A DNA stretch of 64,000 bases from Patescibacteria group bacterium (GTDB taxonomy: Bacteria; Patescibacteriota; Patescibacteriia; Patescibacteriales; UBA12465): assembly GCA_041650715.1 (NCBI GenBank), contig JBAZKQ010000001.1, forward strand, positions 262,945-326,944, written 5' to 3'. The first letter of the stretch is position 1. Every line of letters begins with the position of its first letter. Under the pieces are notes generated by a model, which saw nothing but the letters and a program-made list of their open reading frames with translations, ran no database searches and had not been told where the DNA came from. Position numbers and translations under genes: made by a program. Below are positions 54,763 through 63,738 of the stretch, in pieces.

Positions 54763-56043
54763 ATGAAAAAAATAAGCTTTATTTTAGGCCTCTCTGCTCT
54801 CGCTGTGTTTTTTTTAGTCGCCAACTCGCATAGCCAATTGCAGGCCTATTACTCCGGCGACGCCGTCAATTACAACAATTCGGTCGTAGTCGCTTCGGTT
54901 AATTCCGGAAAATTGGAGGTTTTTAAATTAGAGAACGATTCATTGGTAAAAACCCTTGAGCTTAATAATTTTAGCAGTGTTTTCAACATTAATGAATCAT
55001 ATTCCGACTTAAAATTAAGCATTGAAGACGGCCGCCTTTATGTCTACGCGGTTTCTCAATATACTTTATATAAATATGATATTTCGCCTTTAAGCTCGGC
55101 CCAGCTTGTTAAGCAGGTTAAGAATAATTATTGGGAGTGGTATCAGCGAGTTGATCGTTTAGGAAATGATATCGCCACCCTTAGCGAAAAAGGCATAAAG
55201 ATTTACAATACCAATTTAGATGTCGTTGATTCCTATAATTTTAGTGCCAAAAATCCATATAGCATTCGTTCAAACGGCAGTCAGCAATATCTATTCGCCA
55301 TTGATAACAATAATATTGAAGTCTATGACCGCGGCAGCCGAACTATAGTTCGCACCATTCCTCTGGACTTTATCTATCAGAATAATAACCATAAAGCTTA
55401 TTACGATGTCGTCAGTAATAATATTTTTGCAATTGACGATACCTTCACGAAAAAATTTGATTTGAACGGCAATCTTTTAGCTTCTTTCCGGCACTTAGAA
55501 CAGCCCGGTTATGATGTCGAAAGTACATACGGTAATCCCTATTTCTATTTTTCTAATGGTTTGGGTGTCGTTAAAATGAACAAGGAGACCTTTAAGGTTG
55601 CGGCCTATGCCTATACGACTGATAGTGGCGGACCTCAGGGCTGGGCGATGGGGCTTAAAGTTGTAAATACCGATCAGGGCGATGTGCTTGTGGTTTTTAA
55701 TGGTTCGAATATATTATTGCTTAATAGCAATTTGAAAAAAATTAGTTCCGTTAAATCGAATACTTACGCAGTTTCATCCTCCGCTAACGAAAATTTGTAT
55801 CTAAATTTAAATCATAACTTTGCTTTAGTCGGCGGCGCGGTTACCGTTTCCGGCGGCGGTTTCTGGTCGCAGGAGCCCCTACTTATTAAATTTGGTACGG
55901 CCGGCTTTAGTGCACAGACCGACAATCGCGGTCGTTTCTCAACTGACCTGACTACGCCTAATTTTAAGCCGGGTTATTATGACATTAAAGTGACCGGCGC
56001 TAATTCCCTGCTTACTTATAGCACCTCAATTGAAGTTAAATAA
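54763..56043 (+). CDS. secreted protein of unknown function (beta-rich, Ig-like C-terminus)
   Basis: ORF track. Signal peptide. I recognised no catalytic motif. Confidence 0.5.
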   Translation: MKKISFILGLSALAVFFLVANSHSQLQAYYSGDAVNYNNSVVVASVNSGKLEVFKLENDSLVKTLELNNFSSVFNINESYSDLKLSIEDGRLYVYAVSQYTLYKYDISPLSSAQLVKQVKNNYWEWYQRVDRLGNDIATLSEKGIKIYNTNLDVVDSYNFSAKNPYSIRSNGSQQYLFAIDNNNIEVYDRGSRTIVRTIPLDFIYQNNNHKAYYDVVSNNIFAIDDTFTKKFDLNGNLLASFRHLEQPGYDVESTYGNPYFYFSNGLGVVKMNKETFKVAAYAYTTDSGGPQGWAMGLKVVNTDQGDVLVVFNGSNILLLNSNLKKISSVKSNTYAVSSSANENLYLNLNHNFALVGGAVTVSGGGFWSQEPLLIKFGTAGFSAQTDNRGRFSTDLTTPNFKPGYYDIKVTGANSLLTYSTSIEVK

Positions 56044-56120
56044 AAAAATTTAAATAGTAAACCACAAAACAAAAATACCGCCTTGTCAGCGGCATTTTTT
56101 ATTTTAGGGGGTGATAGAAT

Positions 56121-57344
56121 TTATTGCAAAGCGCGCTGGTAGATTTCGATTATCGCTTTCGTGTGGGTGTCCGCATCCAAATTTTTTACGGTTTCGCGCG
56201 CCGCCTGGCTTAGAGAGAAATAATCGATATTCTTGAGTCCATTTATTTTTTCGGCCAGATGATTGGCGCTCCTGGCCGTAAAAAGAAAGCCATTTTCGCC
56301 ATCCCGGATTATTTCGGGCAGGCCGCCGATATCTGAGGCCAAAACTATTTTACCGCGCGCTAAAGCTTCAAGCATATTCAGCGGCATATTTTCATACCAG
56401 ATTGAGGGGATAACGACGGTTTTGGCCTGGTTAATTAGATTATCGAGTTCAAGCCCGGTTTTAAAGCCGAGAAACTCGACTCGATCTTTTAGACCAAGTT
56501 TTTCCACTTTGGTCTTTAGAGCATTTTCTTCTGGCCCTTCGCCGGCGATTTTTAAATGTTCATTGGTTTGCGTTAGGGCGCTCAGTAAAACCTCGACGCC
56601 TTTTTCTTCGCTGAGGCGACCGAAATAGAGCAAGTAATTGCCTAACTGCTCTCGGCTTAAAATTGGGACGGGATATTTAAGATCGTTAAAGAAATTGTGA
56701 AGACAAATAAATTTTTCGGCTGGCCACGAGAACTCAATGCAGGTTTTCTTCATGAACTCGCTCGGTGCGATAAACAATTTAATGGCCCGTTCGTAAATGC
56801 GCCAAATGCGATGATGAAAATACATTTCCCAAGACGCCGCCAAACTCATTAAGTTAGAATTTTTGACACATTTATTTTTAAAACAATTATAATATTTACC
56901 GCCTTTGCAGCGCAGGCAAACGGCCCCGCGTGTAAATAATTTATAGTTGGGGCAAATTAATTTATAGTCATGGAGATGCATGACGACGGGAATTTTATAA
57001 CGTATAGCCACGCTTAAAATCGAAGGAGAGATTTGGTGATAGATATTATGGATATGGATAATATCCGGTTTGAAATCACGGACCAGGGCGGTAAATTTTC
57101 GCTTCGCTTCAAAGCTATAGAAGATACGAGTAAAGGCGCGCCACTTATTGATTAGGCCGGGAGCGTCGAAGGAGATATAGGAAACAAAGTATTTATGAGT
57201 CTCACAGGGTATATTTTTGGGGCTGTCCATCGCAAAAACCTTGACTTCATGGCCGAATTCCTTCAATTTCGCTTCAAGGCCAAGCAAATAATTACTAACC
57301 CCATCTTTCGGATAATAAAATTTATTAACTTGCAGAATCTTCAT
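56121..57344 (-). CDS. family 4 (GT-B) glycosyltransferase
   Basis: MKILQVNKFYYPKDG N-terminus and ENMPLNMLEALARG (EX7E-type) near the C-terminus. Confidence 0.85.
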   Translation of the reverse strand: MKILQVNKFYYPKDGVSNYLLGLEAKLKEFGHEVKVFAMDSPKNIPCETHKYFVSYISFDAPGLINKWRAFTRIFYSFEAKRKFTALVRDFKPDIIHIHNIYHQISPSILSVAIRYKIPVVMHLHDYKLICPNYKLFTRGAVCLRCKGGKYYNCFKNKCVKNSNLMSLAASWEMYFHHRIWRIYERAIKLFIAPSEFMKKTCIEFSWPAEKFICLHNFFNDLKYPVPILSREQLGNYLLYFGRLSEEKGVEVLLSALTQTNEHLKIAGEGPEENALKTKVEKLGLKDRVEFLGFKTGLELDNLINQAKTVVIPSIWYENMPLNMLEALARGKIVLASDIGGLPEIIRDGENGFLFTARSANHLAEKINGLKNIDYFSLSQAARETVKNLDADTHTKAIIEIYQRALQ

Positions 57345-57405
57345 ATTTTGACATTATTGGGAAAACTAAGTTAAAATTAGGCTTATAAGATAATGATATC
57401 ATAAT

Positions 57406-58770
57406 ATGGCCGAAAAATTAAGAAGTCGCGACTGGCTCATCCTTCTGAGCGGGATATTTATTATCCTCTCAACCCTAATTCTCTTTCTCCCGCTCGAAAA
57501 CGGGGCGAAGTTTTTTTTAATCGCTTCGGGCGCCGTTTTTTTATTTAGTCTTTTAAATTACCGCTGGGGTTTATTTATTTTTCTTTTCTTGCGGCCTCTG
57601 ATTGATTTTGCGACTGAACAGAAGCTTTTTTCCGTCGGCAGCGTTACCGTTAATTTACTTTTTGTGTTTGGCGGCCTAATGCTGCTTTTTTCGCTTCTTG
57701 TTCTTGGCGCTAATTACCGCGAACTCAAGGAGCGGAAGATATTTTCTCTCTGGCTGCTGTTTATCGCCTGGTCCTTTATTTCTCTGGTCTATTCTTTTGA
57801 TTTATTAAGCTCGGTTAAGGAATTATCCCGCTATTTAAGTATATTTTTTAGTTTCGCACTCGGGGCAATGCTCATTAAAAAAAGCCGCGATTTAACGCAG
57901 CTCATAAAAGTAATTATTTTTTCCTCGCTAATACCGGCGGCAGTCGCCTTGGGCCAATATGTTTCCGGAAATGGATTAATTGAAGATGGTATTAATCGTC
58001 TTTACGGCACGATGGCGCATCCCAATATGCTTGCTTTCTATCTTTTATTGCCGATTACCCTTTCTGTTTTTATTTTCTTGACGGTCGATAAAAAACGTTT
58101 GGAAGCTTATTTGTATTTGGCGATTGCTCTTTTTTTGAGTTTTATTTTAGTTTACACCTATACTCGCGGCGCTTATGTCGCTCTCTTATTAATTTTTATT
58201 TTAATCGGATCGCTAAAATATCGGAAATTTCTGGCTGTCGCGGGCATCGGCCTTGTTCTTTTCTATATCGCGTCGTCAACTTTTCAACAACGTTTTAATA
58301 CTATATTCCAGTCTGATCCCTACGGCTCTATTACTTGGCGCATTAGTCTTTATCGTGACAGTTTTTCTTATGTGATGCTTAGCCCGATTATCGGTCAGGG
58401 CGTTGGTTTGGCGGAAACAATTATTGCCACTAATCGTGACTTCCGCTTGGGCGCAACTCAGCCGCATAATGATTATATGCGCCTAGCGCTTGATGGTGGT
58501 ATTGTCGGCGTTGTCCTCTATTTGCTTTTAATCGCCGTTCTCTTTTTTGAACTGATAAGATTGTATAAACTGGAAAATCGTACGCGCTTAAAAATGCTTA
58601 ATATTTTTATTTTGGCATTTACGGTTTCTCTTTACGCCATGAGTATCGGTGATAATATTCTTAACGATACGACTTTAGAATGGCAATTCTGGGCCCTAAT
58701 CGGCGGCCTCTTGGCGACGCAGGTAATAAAAAAGCCCGCCATTTCTGAACGGGCTGCAAAAGTCGATTAG
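57406..58770 (+). CDS. O-antigen ligase/polymerase (Wzy_C) family membrane protein
   Basis: At least 10 TM helices with a central loop YTYTRGAYVALL...HNDYMRLALDGG, typical of the Wzy_C family. Confidence 0.8.
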   Translation: MAEKLRSRDWLILLSGIFIILSTLILFLPLENGAKFFLIASGAVFLFSLLNYRWGLFIFLFLRPLIDFATEQKLFSVGSVTVNLLFVFGGLMLLFSLLVLGANYRELKERKIFSLWLLFIAWSFISLVYSFDLLSSVKELSRYLSIFFSFALGAMLIKKSRDLTQLIKVIIFSSLIPAAVALGQYVSGNGLIEDGINRLYGTMAHPNMLAFYLLLPITLSVFIFLTVDKKRLEAYLYLAIALFLSFILVYTYTRGAYVALLLIFILIGSLKYRKFLAVAGIGLVLFYIASSTFQQRFNTIFQSDPYGSITWRISLYRDSFSYVMLSPIIGQGVGLAETIIATNRDFRLGATQPHNDYMRLALDGGIVGVVLYLLLIAVLFFELIRLYKLENRTRLKMLNIFILAFTVSLYAMSIGDNILNDTTLEWQFWALIGGLLATQVIKKPAISERAAKVD

Positions 58771-58791
58771 GTTTGTTGACACTATAGAATT

Positions 58792-59970
58792 TTAGTGGCT
58801 ACTTATTGCCAGAAGTTTTCCCGCAGTGTTGTAAAGCGTATCGCCCTGCTTGTCTTCTATCCACGCTTCTTTCTTTTTGGGATTTACGTAGACCGTTCCC
58901 CCTTCATATTTTCTGCTAAAAACTGGCAGATTTTTTTTGAAGTTAGAGGGAGGAGCTTCCAGCGCTCGGCCTAAGCAAATTTTGAATTCACTCCGGTAGG
59001 CAGCATTTTGGACGTCGGCGAAACAAACACTATCAAGTAGCAATGCGCTGCAATACGTAAAAAACCAGTTTCCCGGTCGCGCTTGTAATACGGAGAAAGT
59101 GCCCGTCTTGGCAGCATTGGACATATTAATGTTCCAAGCATCATTTAGAGTGTCGCCGGCATATCTAAAGGGAAAACCCTCAAATATCTTTCCGTTAATG
59201 GAGAAATTAAAATCAAGAGTGCCGGGATTGGCGATGATGATAAAGTCATCTCCTTTTATTTTCCGCATCAGCTCGATGAATTTCGCTTGGCCCGATTTCC
59301 AGTTGGCGTTTATTTCCGCTTCGTTTTTGTCCGCTTTTTTATCGCGGTTAAAATCGAGACCGTGATTTCCGTCAACCCACTGGCCCATCCAAAAAATATT
59401 CGGCCAAGCATTGTCATCTTCCATGCCTTTGATACGTTTATCCGATAATATATCGGTTACAAATCGTTTGGCAATGAATTCATAGTAGGTCTCTCCGTCA
59501 ACAAGTGGCGCATTATCACGCATGTCCATAACAGCCGTCTTGCGGCCATCAGCACCGGTCCAAAATGAGACTTTATCTCCGTTCGGCTGCTTGAGCCACC
59601 ATTTTTCTCGTTCTCCCTGTTTTAGCTCATTGGTTATTTTAATTGCCCAGGGGCAATTTTCATACGCAGGACTGAACCACTCGGGGGGATTGAAGTAAGC
59701 TAAGATAATTAGCTTCGAGTTCTTTTTAAGAAGATAGTCTATCCAAGGTGACTTGGCATAGATTATTTCGTTATGAAGTACGATTATATCATAACCGACT
59801 AATGTTTCGGCTTGCGCTTGGTTGATGAAAGGCATGAGCCAGTAGCCGACTGAGCGTGGTCCGAAGTAGCTGTATTTGGTTTGATTAGCTGGGATTTGGG
59901 ACATGGAGCTTTCTGTCAATAAAATCAGAATGAGGACAAATATGCCTCCAAATAACTTCATTTTTTTCAT
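58792..59970 (-). CDS. secreted glycoside-hydrolase-like protein, paralog of the N-terminal domain of ORF 36483..38522
   Basis: Signal peptide MKKMKLFGGIFVLILILL. It shares blocks with the 36483 protein (listed under that feature). Confidence 0.5.
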   Translation of the reverse strand: MKKMKLFGGIFVLILILLTESSMSQIPANQTKYSYFGPRSVGYWLMPFINQAQAETLVGYDIIVLHNEIIYAKSPWIDYLLKKNSKLIILAYFNPPEWFSPAYENCPWAIKITNELKQGEREKWWLKQPNGDKVSFWTGADGRKTAVMDMRDNAPLVDGETYYEFIAKRFVTDILSDKRIKGMEDDNAWPNIFWMGQWVDGNHGLDFNRDKKADKNEAEINANWKSGQAKFIELMRKIKGDDFIIIANPGTLDFNFSINGKIFEGFPFRYAGDTLNDAWNINMSNAAKTGTFSVLQARPGNWFFTYCSALLLDSVCFADVQNAAYRSEFKICLGRALEAPPSNFKKNLPVFSRKYEGGTVYVNPKKKEAWIEDKQGDTLYNTAGKLLAISSH

Positions 59971-60060
59971 TTGTTGGGGGTTTTATGGTGATTATTATTT
60001 TTAAAGTTCGAAAATATTTCGACCCTTTAGTGTATAATAATTTGCGAAATATGTCAACTA
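59971..60060 (-). repeat. promoter-leader cassette, copy A (drives 58792..59970)
   Basis: It is ~75% identical by eye to 60966-61057. On the minus strand, TTGACA (60057-52), 17 nt, then TACACT (60034-29). It contains the perfect inverted repeat TCGAAA-ATA-TTTCGA (60008-60022). Confidence 0.6.
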
Positions 60061-60061
60061 A

Positions 60062-60090
60062 TTAAAAACCCCGGATATAATCTCGGGGTT
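60062..60090 (-). terminator. terminator after the 60114 gene
   Basis: AACCCCG-N10-CGGGGTT. The minus strand then continues into a U-run. Confidence 0.6.
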
Positions 60091-60113
60091 TAAATAAATT
60101 TTACTTTGGACCT

Positions 60114-60965
60114 CTACTTTTTTAGTAGGCGCCAAATCGCTATTATATCCGAGTTGATCTCGAATACATCAAGGCGAGAGCCAAATTCAACACCATAACG
60201 GGCACGGTATTGGAGCGTGAAAGGTTCGTAATAGCGATCATTTTTCATAAACGAAATCGCTATCCCAGAGCCAAATTCATAGTACGATTTTTTTGCGCCT
60301 CCGTCGTAAAGGTAGCCGATGACTAACTTTGGTTCGAGGCGTCCTTTGTTTCCGAGATTGAACCTTTTGGCGGCGGCTTCAAATTGTATTTTGAAGTAGG
60401 CTTTGTTAACAGCTTTATAATTAATGCTGTCACCAATATTTCCGTCGCCATTCCACTGGCCTGCACGTTTGGACCAAAGGTTTTTTTGGAACTGGATTTG
60501 AAGCTTATAGCTCCGAAACCAGCGGTTTAAACTATCGGTAAAATTCGCGCCGGCGATAGAATAAGTTCCAGCGTCTCTTTGCCAAGCTTCTTGTTGCATA
60601 CTGGCATCATGACCGTAATCACGAAATAATTTAAAGCCAGGCATAAGCCAATAGGCGTAGCTGTAATTTCTGTTTAATTTCCCCCAGCCAATTAAGCTGG
60701 GTCCAACGGTGTATTCTTTGGCCGTAAAATTGTAGCCTCCGAAAAGGACGTTTACATTGGTGAAGGCGATAAAGCCTCCGTACAGAGATTGGCCGCTCTT
60801 TACGCTTGCCCCTCCGGTCGCGTATTGGTAAGTTCCGTTACCACTGTTATCGGTGATATAACCGATACCGCCGCTGAGCGAAGGTTCAATATGGTTAGAT
60901 TGGGCCTGTGAGTGATTTAGGCAGGCGAAGAAAAAAAGAAGGGTAATTAATCCGAAAATTCTCAT
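60114..60965 (-). CDS. secreted beta-rich protein, possibly beta-barrel; paralog of ORF 52711..53601
   Basis: Signal peptide ending SQAQ. Gly/Tyr/Phe-rich alternating segments. The blocks shared with the 52711 protein are listed under that feature. Confidence 0.45.
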   Translation of the reverse strand: MRIFGLITLLFFFACLNHSQAQSNHIEPSLSGGIGYITDNSGNGTYQYATGGASVKSGQSLYGGFIAFTNVNVLFGGYNFTAKEYTVGPSLIGWGKLNRNYSYAYWLMPGFKLFRDYGHDASMQQEAWQRDAGTYSIAGANFTDSLNRWFRSYKLQIQFQKNLWSKRAGQWNGDGNIGDSINYKAVNKAYFKIQFEAAAKRFNLGNKGRLEPKLVIGYLYDGGAKKSYYEFGSGIAISFMKNDRYYEPFTLQYRARYGVEFGSRLDVFEINSDIIAIWRLLKK

Positions 60966-61057
60966 GGTTTATTTGGTTTTTTATGGTGACTTTATTGTTA
61001 AGATACAAAAATATTTCGATTTGTCAGTATATAATTATTTACGAAATCTGTCAACTA
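60966..61057 (-). repeat. promoter-leader cassette, copy B (drives 60114..60965)
   Basis: On the minus strand, TTGACA (61054-49), 17 nt, then TATACT (61031-26). It shares the blocks TCACCATAAAA, TCGAAATATTTT and ATTTCG(C/T)AAAT with copy A. Confidence 0.6.
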
Positions 61058-61060
61058 TAC

Positions 61061-61089
61061 AAAAAAGCCGGTGTTTTTGCCGGCTTTTT
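61061..61089. terminator. bidirectional-type terminator after the DUF4012-like gene
   Basis: AAAAGCCGG-N8-CCGGCTTTT. Confidence 0.65.
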
Positions 61090-61117
61090 GAGAGAAAACT
61101 TTTTTTATTTGATAGCT

Positions 61118-62992
61118 TTATTTAAATATTTTATCAGTGTTTAGGTCACTACTCCAGTTTTTGCTATTTCCGTTTTGCGGGCTGATATTTACTTTTAAGG
61201 ATTGAGTACGCCGCCCGGACTGTTTTTGAACTAAAAGTTCATAGGTGTTATTGGTGATTTGCTGGTTAATGCTATCCGGCAAGGAATAATTGATCATGAT
61301 TTCCCGTTCAGTTCCCGGCTCGACCGTAAAAAAGAAACCAAAAATAGTTTTGTTTAAAATCGGATCATCAAGCGTACTCCAGTCGGCCGTGTCTTGATCT
61401 ATCCCCGAAAAATTTATGAGTCGGCTGCCAAACGGAACGTAAATTCGGGTGTAGCTGCGGTAGCGGGTTGTCCGCCAATTGAAGTCGCCTTCGTGACGGT
61501 AATTTAAAGCCAAGGTGGCGGCGGCAATGCCACTGCGCTGTAAGAGCGAGTAGTCAATCGTTTTTTTCATAACGGCGTCGCTTTTAAAGGCGGCCAAGTT
61601 GGCGTCGACAACCATTAAATAATCGCTGGGAGCGGGTCTCACTTCTCCGTCCGCGCCCAGATCTTTAACCAATGATTCTAAATTAGCATCGGCAAAATAG
61701 AGTTGAATATTTTTGGCGGCAATATTATTCTCAATAATTTTAATTAGGCCTCCCCAATCTTTAGTCGGAAGATTAAATAAGCGCGTCTTCAGTTCAGCGA
61801 GCATTTCGTTAATAATATCTTTGCGATCCCAAGAGGAAATATTGCGGTCTTTATAGGCCACCTCGACATTATATTGTAATAATTCTTGAAAGTTATCGGC
61901 GGTATAATCCTCGCCTTTAACATTGATTGGTCCGACCAAGCGCAAAAGATCACTGATGAAATCCGGGTTAATGGCTATGGTGCCGGTAAAATTTGGTGCT
62001 GCTTGTCCGGTGGCCAGACTTTCGCCCGTGTAAATTTGATTAATTTTCTGGGCGGCCAGAGGCCAATCCGGGACCCAATTAGCATCGCGTAAATACCAGT
62101 TCTCTACCCCTAAATATTTTTGGATAGGCACGGGCGGCTCAAGCTGCCATTTTCCTACAGCCGGCATATCGAGGTGATAGCTGTCATCTGTCGAGAGCGT
62201 AATAATCTCCCCGTTTTTAGTCGTCGCGAGCCCAATAACGCCGATGAAGCCACCGGTCGGCCGCAGTTCATCGTTATTCTGCAAAAGAATTAAAAATTCA
62301 CTGCCCTGCGGATATCCGCCGAGCGCCGGTAATAATTTAGTAAGCGCCGGTAATTTAGCGACTAAATCAGCTGCCGTCTGCAGTTGTGTCTTGTATTCGC
62401 TAATCTGGCCATAAAGCGGAGCCAGAATCCCATAGCGATGAATTCGATTAATATTAAATAGGGCTAAATCAAGATTAGCGGCCAGGCCTTTTAGCTCCGG
62501 CTCAGACTCATAAATTAATTGTAAAAAATGAGCCTTCTCGGTATCCGTTAAATTGACAAAGCTGCCTCCGGCCGCCCCGCTGCGAATTTTATTTAATTCG
62601 GCAACGAGCGGAATGGAATTTTCCAAAGAGCGGCTAAGGATCTCGGTTGTTTTAAAAAGATACTCCAAATCATTAATCTGACTCTGCAAAACCGGAACGT
62701 GCTTAAAAATGAAATTATTTTTTATATTGCCTAATTTATCCAAGGCGGTATTAAAGCTGAGATCGGCCGCTTGCGCATTGACGAGAGCATTTGCCCAGTC
62801 TTGATTCTGTACCTGGGTAATGGCTTCGGTTAATTGAGTTTTCCCTTGCAGGCCGCTTGTGTAGACAGTTTTAAAATCACGATAATAAGCAGCCACTAAA
62901 ATAACGAGTGCAAAAAAAAGCCCGACAATAATAATCAGGGCATACTTGAGGAATTTAGCGAGAATATTGATAAAGCTAAAAAGCGTCGTCAT
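61118..62992 (-). CDS. DUF4012-type membrane-anchored extracellular protein
   Basis: N-terminal TM helix and the hallmark block ILLQNNDELRPTGGFIGVIG. Confidence 0.75.
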   Translation of the reverse strand: MTTLFSFINILAKFLKYALIIIVGLFFALVILVAAYYRDFKTVYTSGLQGKTQLTEAITQVQNQDWANALVNAQAADLSFNTALDKLGNIKNNFIFKHVPVLQSQINDLEYLFKTTEILSRSLENSIPLVAELNKIRSGAAGGSFVNLTDTEKAHFLQLIYESEPELKGLAANLDLALFNINRIHRYGILAPLYGQISEYKTQLQTAADLVAKLPALTKLLPALGGYPQGSEFLILLQNNDELRPTGGFIGVIGLATTKNGEIITLSTDDSYHLDMPAVGKWQLEPPVPIQKYLGVENWYLRDANWVPDWPLAAQKINQIYTGESLATGQAAPNFTGTIAINPDFISDLLRLVGPINVKGEDYTADNFQELLQYNVEVAYKDRNISSWDRKDIINEMLAELKTRLFNLPTKDWGGLIKIIENNIAAKNIQLYFADANLESLVKDLGADGEVRPAPSDYLMVVDANLAAFKSDAVMKKTIDYSLLQRSGIAAATLALNYRHEGDFNWRTTRYRSYTRIYVPFGSRLINFSGIDQDTADWSTLDDPILNKTIFGFFFTVEPGTEREIMINYSLPDSINQQITNNTYELLVQKQSGRRTQSLKVNISPQNGNSKNWSSDLNTDKIFK

Positions 62993-62998
62993 ATTATT

Positions 62999-63652
62999 TT
63001 AATGAGTCAGGCTGTTAATTAGGGTAATGATTTTGCCCTCGAGGATATTATACAGAAAAATATCCATAATTTCTTGGCGATAACGGAATTCTTTTTCTTC
63101 CAAAATGGTAAAGTTTAATTCGCGGCCGAGATTTTTTTCCAGTTCTGCCACTAACTTAAGGAAAGTGGGGCGCTTTACCCGGCCAACTATTAAAATATCG
63201 GTTTGCGCCTCCGGATAATTAGTGAAGAAGCCGGTGAGAATTAATAATTTCGGCTGGAAGGTTTTTTCTAAACTCAGGATGAATTTTTGACTGGAAAGAA
63301 TCTGAGCTTTAAAAAACAAGGCGTTAATTTCCGGGTAAAGTATGTGGTTTTTATTAATTTCAAAGAATTTTTTATCAGCTTTCTTCGGGGTTTTATTTTT
63401 TTTGGTTATCGCCGTTTCCGGCTCATGATCGCTCGAGTCACTCTCAATCGTATCGGGGGAAATTTCGGTGGCGGCCGGCGCCACATTTAGCAATCCGAAT
63501 TTTATCAGATGATCAATTTCACGGCGCACTAAATTGGCCGGTAATTTCAGGTCACGGGCAACTTGACTAAGCTCATGTTTTGTTTCGGAGTGAAGCAAAA
63601 ATAGGTTTATTATTTTTACTCTTTGTTCCGAACCCAAAAGCTGCGTAAGCAT
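62999..63652 (-). CDS. winged-helix (ArsR-like) DNA-binding protein with a C-terminal nucleotidyltransferase-like domain
   Basis: The N-terminus RVKIINLFLL...ELSQVARDLKLPANLVRREIDHLIKFGLL is wHTH-like. The C-terminus has DILIVG...LEKNLGRELNF. Confidence 0.55.
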   Translation of the reverse strand: MLTQLLGSEQRVKIINLFLLHSETKHELSQVARDLKLPANLVRREIDHLIKFGLLNVAPAATEISPDTIESDSSDHEPETAITKKNKTPKKADKKFFEINKNHILYPEINALFFKAQILSSQKFILSLEKTFQPKLLILTGFFTNYPEAQTDILIVGRVKRPTFLKLVAELEKNLGRELNFTILEEKEFRYRQEIMDIFLYNILEGKIITLINSLTH

Positions 63653-63738
63653 ATTTTCTTTATTTATGAATTTATAGTATAATATATATCATAAACAGTC
63701 AAACTCACAAATTCAATCAAAAGATTGAAATTTTGCTT

